This document shows, piece after piece, positions 61,504 to 64,000 of a stretch of 64,000 nucleotides of DNA. Both the position numbers and the translations under genes were made by a program. The DNA lies in contig CP086569.2 of the NCBI GenBank assembly GCA_009914755.4, forward strand, positions 23,072,001 to 23,136,000, read 5' to 3'. The notes below the pieces were generated by a model. The model did not search any database and was not told the DNA's origin. It saw nothing but the letters and a program-made list of their open reading frames with translations. Source of the DNA: the human T2T-CHM13v2.0 reference genome, Homo sapiens. The stretch's first letter is position 1. Each line of letters opens with the position of its first letter.

Positions 61504-62704
61504 TGAGTAAACCAGTGTTGGCCTTTACTGCAGAAATAGATTGGTTTTGGTAGACCCCTGTAGCCAACTACCTGCAGAGAAGGAAATCTTACTAGAGAGA
61601 ATTCTAAATTGAAGAATTAAATATTCTTTCATTTAGGTGAAACATTCACATCTGACATTCTTTTACATTCAGCATAATTATAAAAGTTGAATTTTAATAC
61701 ACTCTCCAAAAATAAAGTAATTACAAAATTAAAAAGAAAATTGTATATTCCTCTTTTTAAAAGCTTTAGCCTATTCAAATCTAAGAAGTCCAGTCTGAAA
61801 TATCTGAAAATAAGATATGAAATGAATAAGACAAGAAAATACAGCAGAATGTACCAGATGTTTTTCTGCATGTTGGACGTACATATATCTGTTCCCTTTT
61901 AGTAGCAGATAGAGTGCAGTCTACATAGTTTTATTCATAATAGATGCCTATGCATCATATATTCACAGATAAATATTATTTCTCTGAAGATTGAAATAGA
62001 AAGCTAGGAAAACACAACATGGCACATAAGCTGAATTACATTTAAGTAAGTGTGAATTATATAGTTAAATGATCTCTTCAAGGGACTTCTCATCACTCTC
62101 TCACTGGGTAGTCTAAGGATTAATTAGTTAAAGTTCCTAGGGTCTTTCAAGCTAAGAAACATTATGTAAGTGCTATGCATTATCATGGTAACAGGAGACT
62201 GAGGCATAAGTGATTTGCAACCTCACAGGCTCTTTGAATTGTGTGTCTAGCCTGATTGACCCTTTTTTCTAACAGTGTTTTATGGATTGGAAAGTGCTTA
62301 TCATATTTGAAGATGAAATGTGCTCTATTGAAATCATGCAATTCTGCAAAATCAATATTTGTTCTATATATTAGTAGAGTGATGTTTCTCAAAATAGAAG
62401 AAAACTTGGGATATGATTTTGTAAGTCAATATATAATAAGGTAGAATTTTGGCATCAATTATAACTTGTATATTATCATTTGACTCAGCTGCTGCTGTCT
62501 TAATTAGTGCAACTGAAGTCTAGTTAATTTGCATAAAGGTAGCTATCCCATCTTTTATACTTTTAAAGACAGTCAGGAGACTATTCACTGTTTCCATAAA
62601 GCTTATATAGACTTTATCAGCATATTTGAATTATGTATGACTGCAGTAATGTCACTTCTAAAATGTAATTTGTTATTTCTTTTAATAATATTTTATTTCA
62701 TTTT

Positions 62705-64000
<1,296 letters not shown>

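Overview
The window reads as primate (human-like) ampliconic Y-chromosome DNA. This is inferred from gene-family homology and was not checked against any database. Four things dominate it.

(1) A very large, diverged inverted repeat. Arm 1 runs from about 3640 to 21860 and arm 2 from 64000 down to about 48105, at roughly 88-92% identity. The arms run off the right window edge, and everything before ~3640 presumably pairs with sequence outside the window. The arms carry several arm-specific retroelement insertions and internal rearrangements.

(2) A ~26 kb spacer (about 21861-48104). Its minus strand holds a multi-exon RBMY-family gene copy, with ten exon homologs spanning 28128-39091. I treat it as a probable pseudogene. 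Both SRGY-box exons carry the same in-frame TGA. It has two SRGY boxes rather than four. One downstream exon has no AG acceptor. The C-terminus ends at an early TGA.

(3) A TSPY-like multi-exon pseudogene on the plus strand (41965-44170), lying head-to-head with the RBMY-like copy. A CpG-rich, CCAAT-containing island at 40940-41400 sits upstream of both. An older, 5'-truncated inverted copy of the TSPY-like segment is embedded in arm 2 (53600-55560) and is missing from arm 1.

(4) A full-length young L1PA-type element (4299-10410, plus strand). Its ORF1 is intact at 338 aa. Its ORF2 is broken by one frameshift and three nonsense codons. It has target-site duplications, is nested in an older L1 3' fragment, and is present only in arm 1.

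The window also holds more than 20 Alus, a twin-primed L1 insertion specific to arm 2, microsatellites and a ~300 bp polypyrimidine tract. There is nothing prokaryotic here: no CRISPR, rRNA or tRNA. All coordinates were derived by eye and are approximate to a few bp.
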